From the NCBI RefSeq assembly GCF_001194135.2, contig NC_068995.1:14806037-14870036 (forward strand): a stretch of 64,000 nucleotides of DNA. Reading direction: 5' to 3'. This stretch comes from Octopus bimaculoides. Its lineage: Eukaryota. Made by a program: the position numbers and the translations under genes. Shown piece by piece: positions 37,667 to 50,970 of this stretch; positions within the stretch are counted from its first letter, which is position 1, and every line of letters starts with the position of its first letter. Under the pieces are notes generated by a model. That model did no database searches. It was not told the origin of the DNA and saw nothing but the letters and a program-made list of their open reading frames with translations.

Positions 37667-39137
37667 GCACTCAACAGATTAGACTGTTGGAAAAGAAAAG
37701 AATCCCAACATCGGGCTACAAGTAGCCTTAGATGCCAAGAACCCTCCTAAGTNNNNNNNNNNNNNNNNNNNNNNNNNNNNNNNNNNNNNNNNNNNNNNNN
37801 NNNNNNNNNNNNNNNNNNNNNNNNNNNNNNNNNNNNNNNNNNNNNNNNNNNNNNNNNNNNNNNNNNNNNNNNNNNNNNNNNNNNNNNNNNNNNNNNNNNN
37901 NNNNNNNNNNNNNNNNNNNNNNNNNNNNNNNNNNNNNNNNNNNNNNNNNNNNNNNNNNNNNNNNNNNNNNNNNNNNNNNNNNNNNNNNNNNNNNNNNNNN
38001 NNNNNNNNNNNNNNNNNNNNNNNNNNNNNNNNNNNNNNNNNNNNNNNNNNNNNNNNNNNNNNNNNNNNNNNNNNNNNNNNNNNNNNNNNNNNNNNNNNNN
38101 NNNNNNNNNNNNNNNNNNNNNNNNNNNNNNNNNNNNNNNNNNNNNNNNNNNNNNNNNNNNNNNNNNNNNNNNNNNNNNNNNNNNNNNNNNNNNNNNNNNN
38201 NNNNNNNNNNNNNNNNNNNNNNNNNNNNNNNNNNNNNNNNNNNNNNNNNNNNNNNNNNNNNNNNNNNNNNNNNNNNNNNNNNNNNNNNNNNNNNNNNNNN
38301 NNNNNNNNNNNNNNNNNNNNNNNNNNNNNNNNNNNNNNNNNNNNNNNNNNNNNNNNNNNNNNNNNNNNNNNNNNNNNNNNNNNNNNNNNNNNNNNNNNNN
38401 NNNNNNNNNNNNNNNNNNNNNNNNNNNNNNNNNNNNNNNNNNNNNNNNNNNNNNNNNNNNNNNNNNNNNNNNNNNNNNNNNNNNNNNNNNNNNNNNNNNN
38501 NNNNNNNNNNNNNNNNNNNNNNNNNNNNNNNNNNNNNNNNNNNNNNNNNNNNTTACATAAAGCAACATTATAAGAAATGATGATGATAATTATTAAAGAC
38601 AGGGAAGAAAATATTTGAGGACTAATAGATGTAAGTGTTTCCACTGATAAAAAATATATCTGTAAAAGAATTTTACAAATTAAGTAAATATAAGGACCTG
38701 GAAATTGAAATACAAAAGATTTGGCATCTTAAAGCAAGAACTGTTCCACTTATTGTAAGTACCCTAGGTATGATAAAAAAAAGGGGGGGATGTCAGAAAC
38801 ATCTAGAGAACATCCCAGGAGAACCATGTCTCAGAGAAATCTAAAAGATTGTGCTGACAAGTTCTGCCCACATCCTTAGAAAACCCCTATCAATTTAAAT
38901 GTGTTGTATTACATGAAGATATTTCGCTACTGCCCCTGCCACTTTCCCTCCCCAGGTTTCCAGTTATACTGTAGCATCTCTTATCCTTCACAAAGTCAAC
39001 GTTGGTGGAATTTGAACACAGAAAGTACAGACAGACAAAATACCACCAAAGCATTTCGCCTGACATGCTAACGATTCTGCCAGCTTACTGCATTAATAAT
39101 AATGATGATGATGATGATGATGATGATGATGCTGATG

Positions 39138-39201
<64 letters not shown>

Positions 39202-40380
39202 TAATAATAATAAATGTCCTTATACAGTACCAGGCAGTGGCTCTCATGGCAGTCGATATTAACTGGTTGGAAGTGTTATCATGTACATTGTTTTGCCTTG
39301 GTATAAAAGATGGGCTTCAGCAAATATTCTGCTCAATACCACAGATTTGCTTGTCAGTTGTTTGACCTTAACCAGTTGAGTATGTCCCTTAGTGGCTGAC
39401 GATATGTGCATCTCTGATCACGAGCAGAAGTAGTTGGGGAGCATCATAGCCATGTGTTGAGAGGAATTCTTTGGGGTTTGAATAATTCACATTTGGAAAC
39501 ATAGGTGTTTTGCTCAACATCCTTAAACAAACCTTATTCAGGGACTTTTGAGCAGGATGGGCTACTTGACCTGAAGAAAATTCTAACTGGGCCCCACTTG
39601 CGAGGTTGTGCGCCGTTTATCTTGATATGAGGTTACCATGTCATGCACATATGGTTGTGACGCATGTGCCTGGTGTACCATCATCATCGCCACCACCACC
39701 ACCACCATCATCATCATCACTGACAACAACAGCACCAACAATGATAGCCTCTAATTTTGACTCGGCTCATGGCCAGTAATTTTAAAGAGAGCGAGGGGGT
39801 TAGTCAACACCAACAAGCCCAGTACTTGACATTTATATCATTTGATTGACTCTGATAAGATGAATGGCAAAGTTGGTATCAGTAGGATTTGAACTCTTTG
39901 CCTGGAGTCACAATCTGGACCCAGGCATATTGCATTATCTTTGGTACACTACTTGTAAACCATCTGGCCTATCCCATTCTCCCTTATCCAATATATATAG
40001 TACTTTGTGGTGATCCTTAATTCAACATTATCATGTTTTATTTTATATTTGATGGAAAGTATTGTCAGATGCATGCATTCGTGTGTGTGGAGTGGATTCT
40101 GTGAAAGATGTGAATCTTATTTAAACCATTTCTATTCAACGGAAGCTGTAAAGTGATGTACAGTTTGAATCTAATGCATGCAGACGACCTACTACATAAA
40201 AAAAAAGTAACAACATCGGCACCAGCATATACCAGTGTGGTAAGGAACTTGCTTCCAAACCTCATGGTTCCAGGTTCAGTCCCACTGTGTGACACCTTGG
40301 GCATGTGTCTTCTACTATAGCCTTGGGTCAACCAAAGCCCATGTGAGTGGATTTGGCAGACAGAAACTGAAAGAAGCCTG

Positions 40381-40424
<44 letters not shown>

Positions 40425-42271
40425 ATGTGTGTGTGTGTGCATATGTCTTTGTGTCCATGTCTGTTCCACACCACTGCTTGATAAATGGCGCTGGTGTGTT
40501 TACGTCCCTGTAATTTAGAGTCTGTTAGAACAAGTGCCAGGCTTAAATGAAAGGAAAATAAGTCCTGGGGTCGATTCATTTGACTAAAAATTCTTCAAGG
40601 CAGTGCCCCAGCATGGCCACAGTCTGTGACTGAAACAAGTAAAAGATAAAAGATACTGTGATCCTTCTACATGGAATTAGTAAGGAAATGGTATATATAC
40701 TTTAATGGAAGAAGCAGAATCTAACAATACTTTCCATCAAATATGAAATAAAGCAAGATATGTATCAAGGATAATGCAACATGACAGAGTCCAGACTGAG
40801 ATTCCAGGCAAAGGGTCAATTATTATGGTGAGAGCATAAACTGGGTCTTAGAGTAAGTGTGTCAAAGATAAGGCAGCATAATAGGGCCCTACTCGATCTA
40901 TAGCAAAAGTAGGTATGATAACACGGAGATACGACAAATGCAGAACCAGATATCATCAGTGGTGAGAAACTACAGACCCAAATAGGCTATCAAATGAACA
41001 GAAATATATCATAAATGCAGGCTTTGCAGTGAGGTCAAGAAGGTTTGGGGTTCAGTTTCTGTTGTGTGGAACCTTAGGTAAGTGCCTTCTACTATATCCA
41101 CAGGCTGGCCAAAACCTCATGAGTGGATTTGGTGGATAGAAACTGAAAGAAGTCTGTCATATATGCGTGTGTGTATGCATACACACACACACATATATAT
41201 AAAGATACACTGGCAAAACACTGCTCCTCTAAATGGAAACCTTACCTGTCATTGTGGTTTTGTGATACAAAGCAAAACAGGCCTTGCCATTCACTCAAGA
41301 AAACACATAGTGAATGATCCACAAGCACTCAAGCAAACTGAGTCCTCAACTTGTTCCATTTGCCCAACGATTTGCAAGGCACCAGCAGGCCTCAAGAGAT
41401 ACATTTGTGTCCATAGTACATGATTAATGCTTTATTTTATTCAACCCTCGTTTGTCATTCATGATAAGAGAATCCATCATCGTATATATATACAACAGCT
41501 TAATAATGACAAAGTTGTTTTATTAAATTCTTTATTGTTTTCAAAATTAATTGAAACAAGAGCAATGTATTTGAACTAAAATCTAGCAACAAAAGTGTCA
41601 ACACCACCATTTTATACCTTGAATCTTTTGGCAAAACCCAATCCATTACAAGCATTCAGACAGGTCTTTGGTTGAGGATATCTTCCTCCTTCCAGATACG
41701 GTCCACTACAGTGGTCCTCAACTGGGGTCCATATATATTTTTGTTAAAATTTATCAGCAATAAATTGGTTATGCTTCTACAGTACACAAAATATTTTTAA
41801 AATTATTTTTATATAATTCCTTATAATATTTAATCATAAATATAATAGGTTTTTTTCTTTAAACATCAAATGGCTGGGGAGTGGGGTTCATCTGAGTAAA
41901 ACAGGAATTAAGGACTCATAGGTAAGAGATAGTTGGGAAACATGGGTCTGACTAGATGGTCAAGTCACTTGGTTTAACACCATCACTTCCAGATGAGTAT
42001 AGCTTTCTCCTTCCCTCCTACAAGACCCATAAAAGGACCATGGTCACTACCTTCCCTCCACATCAAACAACAAAAACAAAACAACTTCCTTACCTGTGAA
42101 AATAGTGGGAATGTGGTAATTTATTTGAAATCACTGATTTTAAATGTTCAAAGTCAGATATGCACCAAATCTACAAGAAACAAACATTGTTAAATGAGAA
42201 TTCATTGAAAGAATTGTCAGAAATTGAAAGAAAGATTAGAAAATATTTCTTTATTTGGACAAAAAACGATT

Positions 42272-42331
<60 letters not shown>

Positions 42332-42404
42332 CAGCAGCAGTAGTAGCAGCAGTAGCAGCAGCAGGTGCAGTAGTAGTAGCAGCAGCAGCAGCAGCGGTGG
42401 CAGC

Positions 42405-42446
<42 letters not shown>

Positions 42447-43955
42447 TGTTGTTGTTGTTCAAACTAATTTTTTCTCATGGAGGGAGAGCCATGAGGATTG
42501 AAAAATAGGAAGACAAACTACCGTGTTTAACTCTTTTGCATTTGAAACAGCCATATCCAGCCTAAAATATTCTAGATCCAGCCTCTCACACTTACTCTAC
42601 AATGTCATTCTAAAAATAAACTATCTGATCATTGAAAACTCAAAGCAGTGTTGTGACGCATGGTTGATTCAAGACAATGTGAATAAATAAGCTTTACACT
42701 TGACAGAATAATCTGAAGGCAAAAGGGTTAAAGTCACTAAAATAAAATTCAAAGTCGTTTATTTGATTGGAAATACATTTCTAATGTGTTCATGATGTCA
42801 TAGTGAGAATCTGATCCTCTGAAGGATCTCTGGAATAACATTCCTTGGTGGGGGTGCATAGCTCAAAAATCAATTTCTTTGTGTCTGAAGATGGTAAGGA
42901 AGAATGGCCTTCACTCAAGCGGTTATGTAAACCAATCTTTAATACTGTTGGGCTTTTCCTCCTGCCTGCACTTAGTAATTTTAAAGTGAGGATCAGTTCA
43001 TGTAATCCGATCGCACTCTTTAGACCCAAAGCTTTTGGGTATGACTTCAAACTACATCTAGTAGTGGGGCTCAGGTCCATGAGTTCCAGGGATTTGAGGT
43101 GCGTGGATCTACATCTTAGCCACTATTTCCCCCAGATCTACATTGACCTGAAATAGTAGTACCTGTCAGAGTCCTAGCTATGGGCTAATAAGCATAAAGA
43201 CACAATATGGCTCCCATCTAAATATCACATTGCATGAACACAAAATTCGATTTGGCCTGTTAGTAATAGCAGCCAAATAACCTTCAAATCACATTCTACT
43301 CTATTACACTATGTAATATGATTTTTATCTTTGGGTGGTAGCAACTGTAATTTCCTATTTGCTTACCCCTAGAAAGTATAAAAAGAGGCTAATATCTTCT
43401 TCAAACCTTTCTTTTGTTACATTTATTCAAAGCACCAAAGAATCCCTCTTAACACATGGCTATGGTACTCTCCAACTGCTCCTGTTCATGATCAGAGATG
43501 CACATGTTGTCAGCCACTAAGAAACATGTTCAAGTGGTTAAGGTCAAGCAACTGACAAACAAATCTGTGGTATTGAGCAGAATATTTGCTACGACAATAT
43601 TTCTGCTTCAAAAACTCAACACTGAATTTGTCTGAAGTGTAACAGAAAATAGGTCAGTTTCAAAACACTGATGTCCAGTGCACAAAAGCAAAGCAAAGTT
43701 TGAAGGGAATCGTAGTCATCTCCTTCAATTTCTAAATAGAAGCAAATAGGAAATAACACTTATTGATCAAAGACAAAAAAATTTGTGACATAGTGTCATC
43801 AAAGAAGAGAAACATTGGATAAAGTGGTCCATGGGGCAACTTTTCTGGAGAAAGAATGGGTTGATGACAACCAAAACACTTTTTATTATAGGTCTTCTTC
43901 ATTGGGGATGATACGAGGTTAAACAAGAACAACTCTACCACCACTACCACCACCA

Positions 43956-43989
<34 letters not shown>

Positions 43990-44922
43990 CAACAACACTT
44001 TCAGGACTTAGTCAAAGTTATTTTATCATTGAGAGACTAAGTAAAGACCCTATCTGGGCACTGCGGTTGCTTTATCATTGACACTAGATGAAAAAAAAAA
44101 CTAGGACTCTGCAGTATTACCTTATCACTGACACACTTCCTCATGTCATGGTCTTGACTTTGTCATGGTCTTGACTTTGTCATGGTCTTGACTTTGTCAT
44201 GGTCTTGACTTTGTCATGGTCTTGACTTTGTCATATCAAGATGCTTTATTCTCTATCGTTTTTGTCTGTTTGTCATTAGATTGTGGCCATGCTGGGACAC
44301 TGCCATGAAGGGTCTAGTCGAACAAATCGACCCCAGTTCTGCCCCAATCATCATCATTTAATGTCCGTTGTCCATGGTTTACATAGCCATTTGAGGGAAT
44401 GCCATGCTTCTTCATGATCTTCAGACACAAAGAAATGGATCTCTGAGTTACACACCCTGTCAAGGAATGTCATTCCAGAGAGCCTTCAGAGGAACCCCAT
44501 TACAGCCGCTAGTATTCACAATTAAATTCTTTCACTCATTACCCACCATTCATTACCATAGGCGAGGAGAGATACAGAAACTAAATTGAAGATAGCAGAG
44601 TTTGGCTTTTTCACCACCTTCTCCTCTGATTACAGGTAAGTTCATCGCCATCAATTCATCGCAAGAAAGTTCACCACCATCAATTCACTGTGAAGAAAGC
44701 TCACCATGAGGAAAGTTCATTGTGAGGAAAGTTTACCAAGAAAATATATTCATTATAGGCGTAGAAGTGGCTGTGTGGCAAGTAGCTTGCTTACCAACCA
44801 CATGGTTCTGGGTTCAGTTCCACTGCGTGGCATCTTGGGCAAGTGTCTTCTACTATAGCCTCGGGCCGACCAAAGCCTTGTGAGTGGATTTGGCAGACGG
44901 AAACTGAAAGAAGCCCGTCGTA

Positions 44923-44971
<49 letters not shown>

Positions 44972-47900
44972 GTGTATGTGTTTGTGTGTCTGTGTTTGTC
45001 CCCCAACATCGCTTGACAACCGATGCTGGTGTGTTTACGTCCCCGTAACTTAGCGGTTTGGCAAAAGAGACCGATAGAATAAGTACTAGGCTTCTAAAGA
45101 ATAAGTCCTGGGGTTGAGTTGCTCGACTAAAGGCGGTGCTCCAGCATGGCCACAGTCAAAAGACTGAAACAAGTAAAAGAGAGAAAAGAGAGTATAGTAA
45201 GTTACCATTAATAGTTAAAACTATTTTATTGGGAAAAAATGGTGAATTGATGACAGTGAACTTTCTCTGTGGTGAATTGATGATTGTGACCTTACCAGAT
45301 ATGCTCTTCTTTTTGTCCCACAATCAAAACGAATTATTACAAAGAAATAATGAAATCATGATGTAAGTGGAAGGAATACCTCTTGGAGTAAAATGATATC
45401 ATATTCGCTTTCTGACAGGGCCTTTGCAAGGCTTTTAACCCTAAAATTCTTGTCCTTACATATCACTGGGAAGGGAATGCCCCTGGAAAATAAAAGCAAA
45501 TAGAAGAAATTAAGGTCAAACTAATTTAAACAAATAGCTTTCAAGGTATTCATCACACATCAGACAAATCAACTACTATATACAAATTTCTACATTAATA
45601 TAATTTTTAAGTATTAATTTCTCAAAAGATTAAAAGCAAAGTCATCAACAAGGTGGACTTTGTCTCTTATCCTTTTGGGGATAATGTTAAGAACATAAAT
45701 TGTGACTAGGGTTTGGTGGTAGGTTTTAATTCAGAACTTTTGAAAACAAGACATTTGTAGTACAGAGCCAGAGGCAGTTTCAGCCGGGTTGGTATCAAAA
45801 GGCAGTGAAATGGCAGAATCATTAACATGCTGAGCAAAATGCTTTGCGGCATTTCGTCCATCTTTATGTTCTGAGTTCAAATTCCTCCAAGGTTGACTTT
45901 GCCTTTCATCCTTTCGGGGTTGATAAATTAAGTACCAGTTGAGTACTGGGGTTGATGTGATTGACTGTCCCTCTCTCCACGACTCAGAGTTTGGTTCAGT
46001 CCAGACCTCCAGATGGACAAAAACTGGGAAAAAGTAATGAGCAGGTGGAGCTCAGAAAGAATTTTCTTCAGGTTGAGAAGCCCATCCCACTCAAATGGTC
46101 CTTGAATAAAGGATATTTAAGAATGTTAAACAAGACACTTATGTTTCTAGAAGTGAATTATTCAAACCCCAAAGAATTCCTCTCAACACATGGCTACGAT
46201 GTTCCCTTACTACTTCTGCTCATGATCAGAGATGCACATATCGTCAGTCACTAAGAGACATACTCAACTGGTTATGGTCAAACAACTGATAAGCAAATCT
46301 GCGATATTGAACAGAATATAGGAACTTTGTGAGAACATCAGTGGACAGTTTTCTTTCGCTTTCACACACTGTACAGCTTTGCAAGCACCTTTTCCTATCA
46401 GTCACACATTTAAGGGTGTACAAGTATTCATCCTTGTCTTTCTGCTTGACTTACTAAACTACTGGCTACTACTATAGCCTTTTACACCTATCCTACGTGC
46501 AAATAAAGGCTGTAAACAATACTTCTCTATTCCATGTTGATTATTACACAGTCTCACAGACTTTGAACAATTTAATCATAATATAACTCATTACATATAC
46601 TTATATTATATCTTATATCTTATATTATATTTTATATTCCTCATCATCATCATTATCATTCAACATCCTCCTTCCATGCTGGCATGGACTGGACAGTTTG
46701 ACAGGAGCTGACCAGGTGAGAGCTTGTGCCATCCTTCTGGGTGTGTTTTGGCATGGGTTTTACAGCTGGATGCTCTTCATAACACCAACCACTCCATAGA
46801 GTGGGCCGAATGTTTTTTACATGGCACTCGCACAGGCCAGGTCAGTTTTGGTTTGATTTTTATAGCTGGATGCCCTTCCAAATGCTAACCACTTTACAGT
46901 GTGGACTAGGTGCTTTTTAAGTGGCACTTGCACTGGCAGGGGTCACCAAGTGACTTTGCAAGGTAGAGAGTCTTTCAGAGGGGAGAGGGCATTGGAGGAG
47001 GTGATCTTGTGTCAGATGATGAAAGAGTAGAGCGTGACAGAGAAGCAGAAACACACACACACACACACACTTTGTGGATACCAGCAATCCCACCCTACAC
47101 TATACGGAAAATAATATGGAAATCACATGAGAAGTAAATATTGTGCCATGCTTGGTACTTGGAACAATCTATTGGAAAAAGTATTTAGATATGTTTGTAA
47201 CTTGGCACCAACCATAGAAACAAAACGTCATAACTTGAGAAAGGGGGGAGGGGTGCTCAAAGGTCGTGTAAGCATCTGTGCGTTTGTTTGTACGCTTATT
47301 GTTTACGTCTTGGTTAAAACTTCGGTTAAATTCTTCGGGGCAAAATGCTGTACAAATCCCATCTCTACAGGATTACCAACCCTAAAACATGCACAAATTT
47401 CCCATTCACTCTTTTCTGGAAAACTCCAATCGCCTCAGAACACTCCCAGAGATAGTGTTTTGGTGTCAAGGGACATAACTCTTAAAATAACTTTTGGTTC
47501 ATTTCATCGTCATTTTTATAGTTGTCTCAAACAAGATGTGTCTGTTCACTTCCAACAATAGAAAGCAATTGTCCTATTTTATTCCATAGCTACCATCTCT
47601 GAAGAGCACAGGGTTACATAATTCGGCTGTTACTTAACACTGTATTAAAATCCTAACGCAAAACCAATTGATAAGATTGGCTGTAATGGGTATATAATAT
47701 TTTACACTTTAATATACCCACTCTTTTGACAAAAGTGCATATTTTTTTTCTGACTTATGGATTCTTAAACGACCCATCCTACCATTGATATTCTGACCCC
47801 TGTACTTTGAGGGTATGCCCTGGCACTTTGCCACCATCTCTCTCTTGCTTTCTCCCTCTGATTGGGTAACCATGTATCTCCATTACAGCAATAATTCCTT

Positions 47901-50261
47901 CCTTCCTTCCTCATTCTCTCTCTCTCTCTCTGATCAGGTAACCATGTATTTCCTCTACAGCAAGACACCTGTTTCTGTCTCTCTATTGCACTCTAACCTT
48001 TTATTACCTGGCACAAGGTCACCTCCTCCAATGTCACGTACCCTCCCAAAGGATCTTGGTGACCCTGCCAGTGCTGGTGCCACGTAAAAAGCATCCAGTC
48101 CACTCTGTAAAGTGGTTGGTATTAGGAAGAGCATCCAGCTGTAAAAATTATGCCAAAACAGACTGAAGCCCAGTGCAATCTTTATATNNNNNNNNNNATA
48201 TATATATACAGTGTACATTTAAACACATAAGAGGTATCTATCATAGGATTCCCTCAGGCTAGAAAGAACAGCTAAGTTCCAAACCACTATTAGGGATAAA
48301 ATTTTGAATGGTGAATGTTTTTATTTTTCATTCCTTTCGAAATTTTATCCCTAATAGTGGTTTGGAACTTAGCTGTTCTTTCTAGCGTAAGGAAATCCTA
48401 TGATGGATACCTCTTATGTGTTTAAATGTACACTGTATTTATATGAAGAAAAATATGTAGTTTATGGACTAAATCTAATATTTCTATTACCCTTCGATAT
48501 TATTGATTATATATATATATATATGTATATTTGATGAGATTCTTACAGTTCCAGTCCACCAAATCCACTGACAAGACTTAGGTTGGCCCGAGGTTACAGC
48601 AGAAGACACTAGCCCAAGGTATCACGCAGTGGAACTGAGCCGGAAACCATATAGTTGAGAAGCAAACTTCTTGTCACACAGCCACGCTCACGCCTGTCTA
48701 ACTGTTTTTTTGTTTTTTTTTTCGGTTCACGTTGGAAAAAGCACTGTGGTTCCCAACTTGAAGGTACGCCTATACAAAAGTAAATACTGACTAGGGGCCT
48801 GTGGGCGGAGTTCGAAAATTGAGTAACCAGACCATTCAAAATCCTGGGGTTCGAAACCACGGACCTATCGTCTTTAAAAAGAACACGTTGAATACTCTGC
48901 GCGTAGGTAAAGGGCCAGGATGGTCAGGGCTAGAATACCTTTGGTCATATGTCGACTAGATCAAGGTTGACCTGGGGTTAAAACAACAACAACAAAAGCA
49001 GTTGAAACGAATCAACGAAGGAGACTACGTAGTCGTCGATACGCTAGAAAATGCAACCAAGACTTTTCAAATCCACAATGTTATTGATTTTAGAGAAATA
49101 GAAAAAAAACGAAGAATATATCACACATAATAATCATGGATATGTGCAGAGATGAGATGACCACGGCTGGAACGCCTCTGATCACAAGTCAAATCGATCA
49201 AGGTTGATCTGGGGCTGAAAACAACAACAACCCGCTATTTAAAGATTCCGAACCAACGAAGAGCGCCTCTACGTCATCGATCGAGACGCTAGAAATAACA
49301 GTGAAATCTCTTCGAATCGCTCCCAACCACCATTTTTCAAAAAGGCATTTTGGATATAATCATGGATATACAAAAAAAAAAAAAAAATTCATGGGATGGT
49401 CACGGTTAGAAATGCTTTTAATCATATGCCAGCCGGATAAATGCTAATGTACTGCTAAACAAAACAAACACAATAGTTGAAATGAAAATTGGATCAGCTG
49501 TTGTTTTCTCTTCTTTTCGTATCAATGAAATGTTGATGTATGACTAGAAATGTCTAACTGGGGTTGCTGGCAGCAATAATAAATACATTTACGTCAACAT
49601 AGTTAAGCTAACACGGATTCAAGCCTCTGCGTAGTTGTACAGCGTCAGAAAAATAGCAGCCAAATCTTCCTTAAATCATACCCTATTATATTTAAAAGGA
49701 AGTGCACACTGCATTATGAAGTCTAAACAAGTTTAAACAATAACAAAAAGATTTTTTTAAATAGATGACCACGGCTGGAACGGCTTTGATCAGAGATCAT
49801 ATGTTCTACTCTTAGATCAGTAACTAACCAGGACAACGTCCGATTGCTGAAAATAGCAGTCAAATCTTCCTTAAGACACAATCAGCTGTCTTAAACACAG
49901 AACACGGTGTATATATCAAAAATAATAATATAGTTCCTGGTGAACGGAAAGATAGGATCATCACGGTTGGAACGTATTTGATCATAAATCCAGCTAGTTT
50001 AGTTACTTGGAAGTAAACAAACTGTTAATATGGTCTGTTTCATTGCCATGATGAATCAAAATCAAAAGCACACACACACACATATACACACGTAGACGAA
50101 AAAAATAGTCTCTTTTTCAAATTATTTAACTGATTCAATTATTAACTGATAAAATATTTAATTATAAATAATAGGTTATCAAAATACATTTTTTTAATAA
50201 GTATAAATAAATGAACGAATATTTACCAGCAATTTAAAGTGAGAATTCTGAGTGAAAACAT
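30123..50261 (-). CDS. SMPD2: Neutral sphingomyelinase 1 (SMPD2-like), paralog copy 2; exon 4 not visible
   Basis: Exons 50261-50227, 45482-45380, 42170-42094, [exon 4 unseen], 36713-36510, 34561-34432, 32002-31684 (gapped), 30457-30123. Same exon sizes and phases as copy 1; no stops in visible exons. Confidence 0.87.
31215..31530 (+). mobile_element. Same RTE relic at the equivalent position in copy 2 intron 7, with a ~0.8 kb internal deletion
   Basis: Aligns to ~2880-2982 and then jumps to ~3780-3960. Confidence 0.8.
31684..32002 (-). CDS. SMPD2: Copy 2 exon 7 (mostly N gap): GTKVTVDHYERVFGKIP...PT
   Basis: ttttag acceptor ends at 32003, gtgaga donor starts at 31683; the SDH motif would lie in the gap. 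Confidence 0.85.
34432..34561 (-). CDS. SMPD2: Copy 2 exon 6: KNIVDDKLGNTCECPDNSYT...RIDYLLFRANS
   Basis: 130 bp, same junctions as copy 1. Confidence 0.92.
35925..36100 (+). mobile_element. Penelope-like terminal fragment
   Basis: Carries a minimal hammerhead-like motif and is flanked by microsatellites. Confidence 0.55.
35973..36009 (+). ncRNA. Minimal type I hammerhead-ribozyme-like motif (variant core CUGUUGA)
   Basis: UCUUU-CUGUUGA-A-GAGC(gua)GCUC-GAAAC-GUC-AAAGA: stem I, stem II and a GUC site are all present. Confidence 0.55.
36510..36713 (-). CDS. SMPD2: Copy 2 exon 5: IHAEYSDVNDEY...GGDCN...NDAWLKK
   Basis: 204 bp; 63/68 aa identical to copy 1. Confidence 0.93.
37290..37575 (-). 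mobile_element. RLE-type (R4/NeSL-like) non-LTR retrotransposon endonuclease fragment
   Basis: WYKHKLEGVTENNEYKILWDF...*RPDIVI...IIDIAISGD. Confidence 0.8.
38590..38900 (+). mobile_element. RLE-type non-LTR retrotransposon 3' end
   Basis: KYKDLEIEIQKIWHLKARTVPLIVSTLGMIK...EI*KIVLTSSAHILRK. Confidence 0.8.
39215..39680 (+). mobile_element. Third interspersed repeat family (representative)
   Basis: taccaggcagtggctctcatgg...gagcagaagtagt; relatives at ~10375, 12775, 33085(-), 43430(-), 46055(-). Confidence 0.75.
41185..41423 (+). mobile_element. Probable RTE LINE C-terminus with two C2H2-like fingers
   Basis: TCHCGF...GLAIHSRKH and CSICPTICK..AGLKRYICVH*; no splice context. Confidence 0.5.
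42094..42170 (-). CDS. SMPD2: Copy 2 exon 3: IWCISDFEHLKSVISNKLPHSHYFHS
   Basis: 77 bp, ttgtag acceptor, gtaagg donor. Confidence 0.9.
44145..44234. repeat. 17-bp minisatellite (GTCATGGTCTTGACTTT) x5.3
   Basis: Five perfect units read directly. Confidence 0.95.
44760..45180 (+). mobile_element. tRNA-derived SINE, main family (representative copy)
   Basis: A box tggctgtgtgg, B box ggttcagt(t/c)cc, internal (TA/TG)n. Other copies near 20-575, 5960-6350(-), 8860, 27675-28130, 29075, 34705(-), 35040-35440, 40235-40650, 48540(-), 52195(-), 62195. Confidence 0.85.
45380..45482 (-). CDS. SMPD2: Copy 2 exon 2: (W)GIPFPVICKDKNFRVKSLAKALSESEYDIILLQE
   Basis: 103 bp; retains the canonical WGIP. Confidence 0.9.
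48209..48435. mobile_element. Fold-back MITE (TA-CAGTG...CACTG-TA) in copy 2 intron 1
   Basis: ~96 bp arms, inner 47 bp perfect. Confidence 0.85.
50227..50261 (-). CDS. SMPD2: Copy 2 exon 1: MFSLRILTLNC(W)
   Basis: ATG at 50261, TG|gtaaat donor. Confidence 0.88.
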
Positions 50262-50970
50262 CAGGCGAGATTATTCGTGACTTATTATTGAAGTTAAATA
50301 GTGAAAGAAGCAACAGAGTGATGGCTATTTGCTGCTGTGTATGCGAAATAGCCTGGCTTTTCTTTTCTTTCTATTTTTTTATTCTTCTTAACAAGGCTAC
50401 ACCTTCTCTGATTAGTCTCTACCACTATGGCCTCACAGAACTCGAAGATGGCTACGATTGTATGATGGATCAGTAGTTTCTGTTTACTTCTTCTAATTTA
50501 GTTCAACAAGTTTAATAAACGACCAACCAACCCACTTTACATTTATAGTCATAACTAATGGCAATAGTTATTTTTCTTTTAATTCAAAGTTCAAAATTAG
50601 CATGTTTATCAACGTATATAAAACTATTAATAATTGCCCGAAGCATTAAAGAAAAGAAAGATATCTATAAGCATATTGTTCATGGTTATATGTAATTTAA
50701 ACACAATTAATAGATAGCAATTTATGTAATTGTAAGGGAGCCTGTGGTGGGGGGTAATTTACAGAGAACGAAAAGAAATGTAACTTCTATCTTTTACTTG
50801 TTTCGGTCATACTGGGGCACCGCTTTGAACAGTTTTAGTCAACCACACGGACTCCAGTACTGGTAATCAGTTTAGGGAAGTATTTTTGCCGAACCGCTAA
50901 CTTACGGGGACGTATACAAACCAGCGGCGATGGCGGACGGGGAGGCAAACACATGCACATACATACATAC

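Noticed and set aside
44145-44234. CRISPR-like array
   Set aside because: Head-to-tail repeats without spacers in a eukaryotic intron.
48795-48870. tRNA-like segment with GGTTCGAAACC B box
   Set aside because: T and acceptor stems do not close properly; treated as a SINE-head relic.
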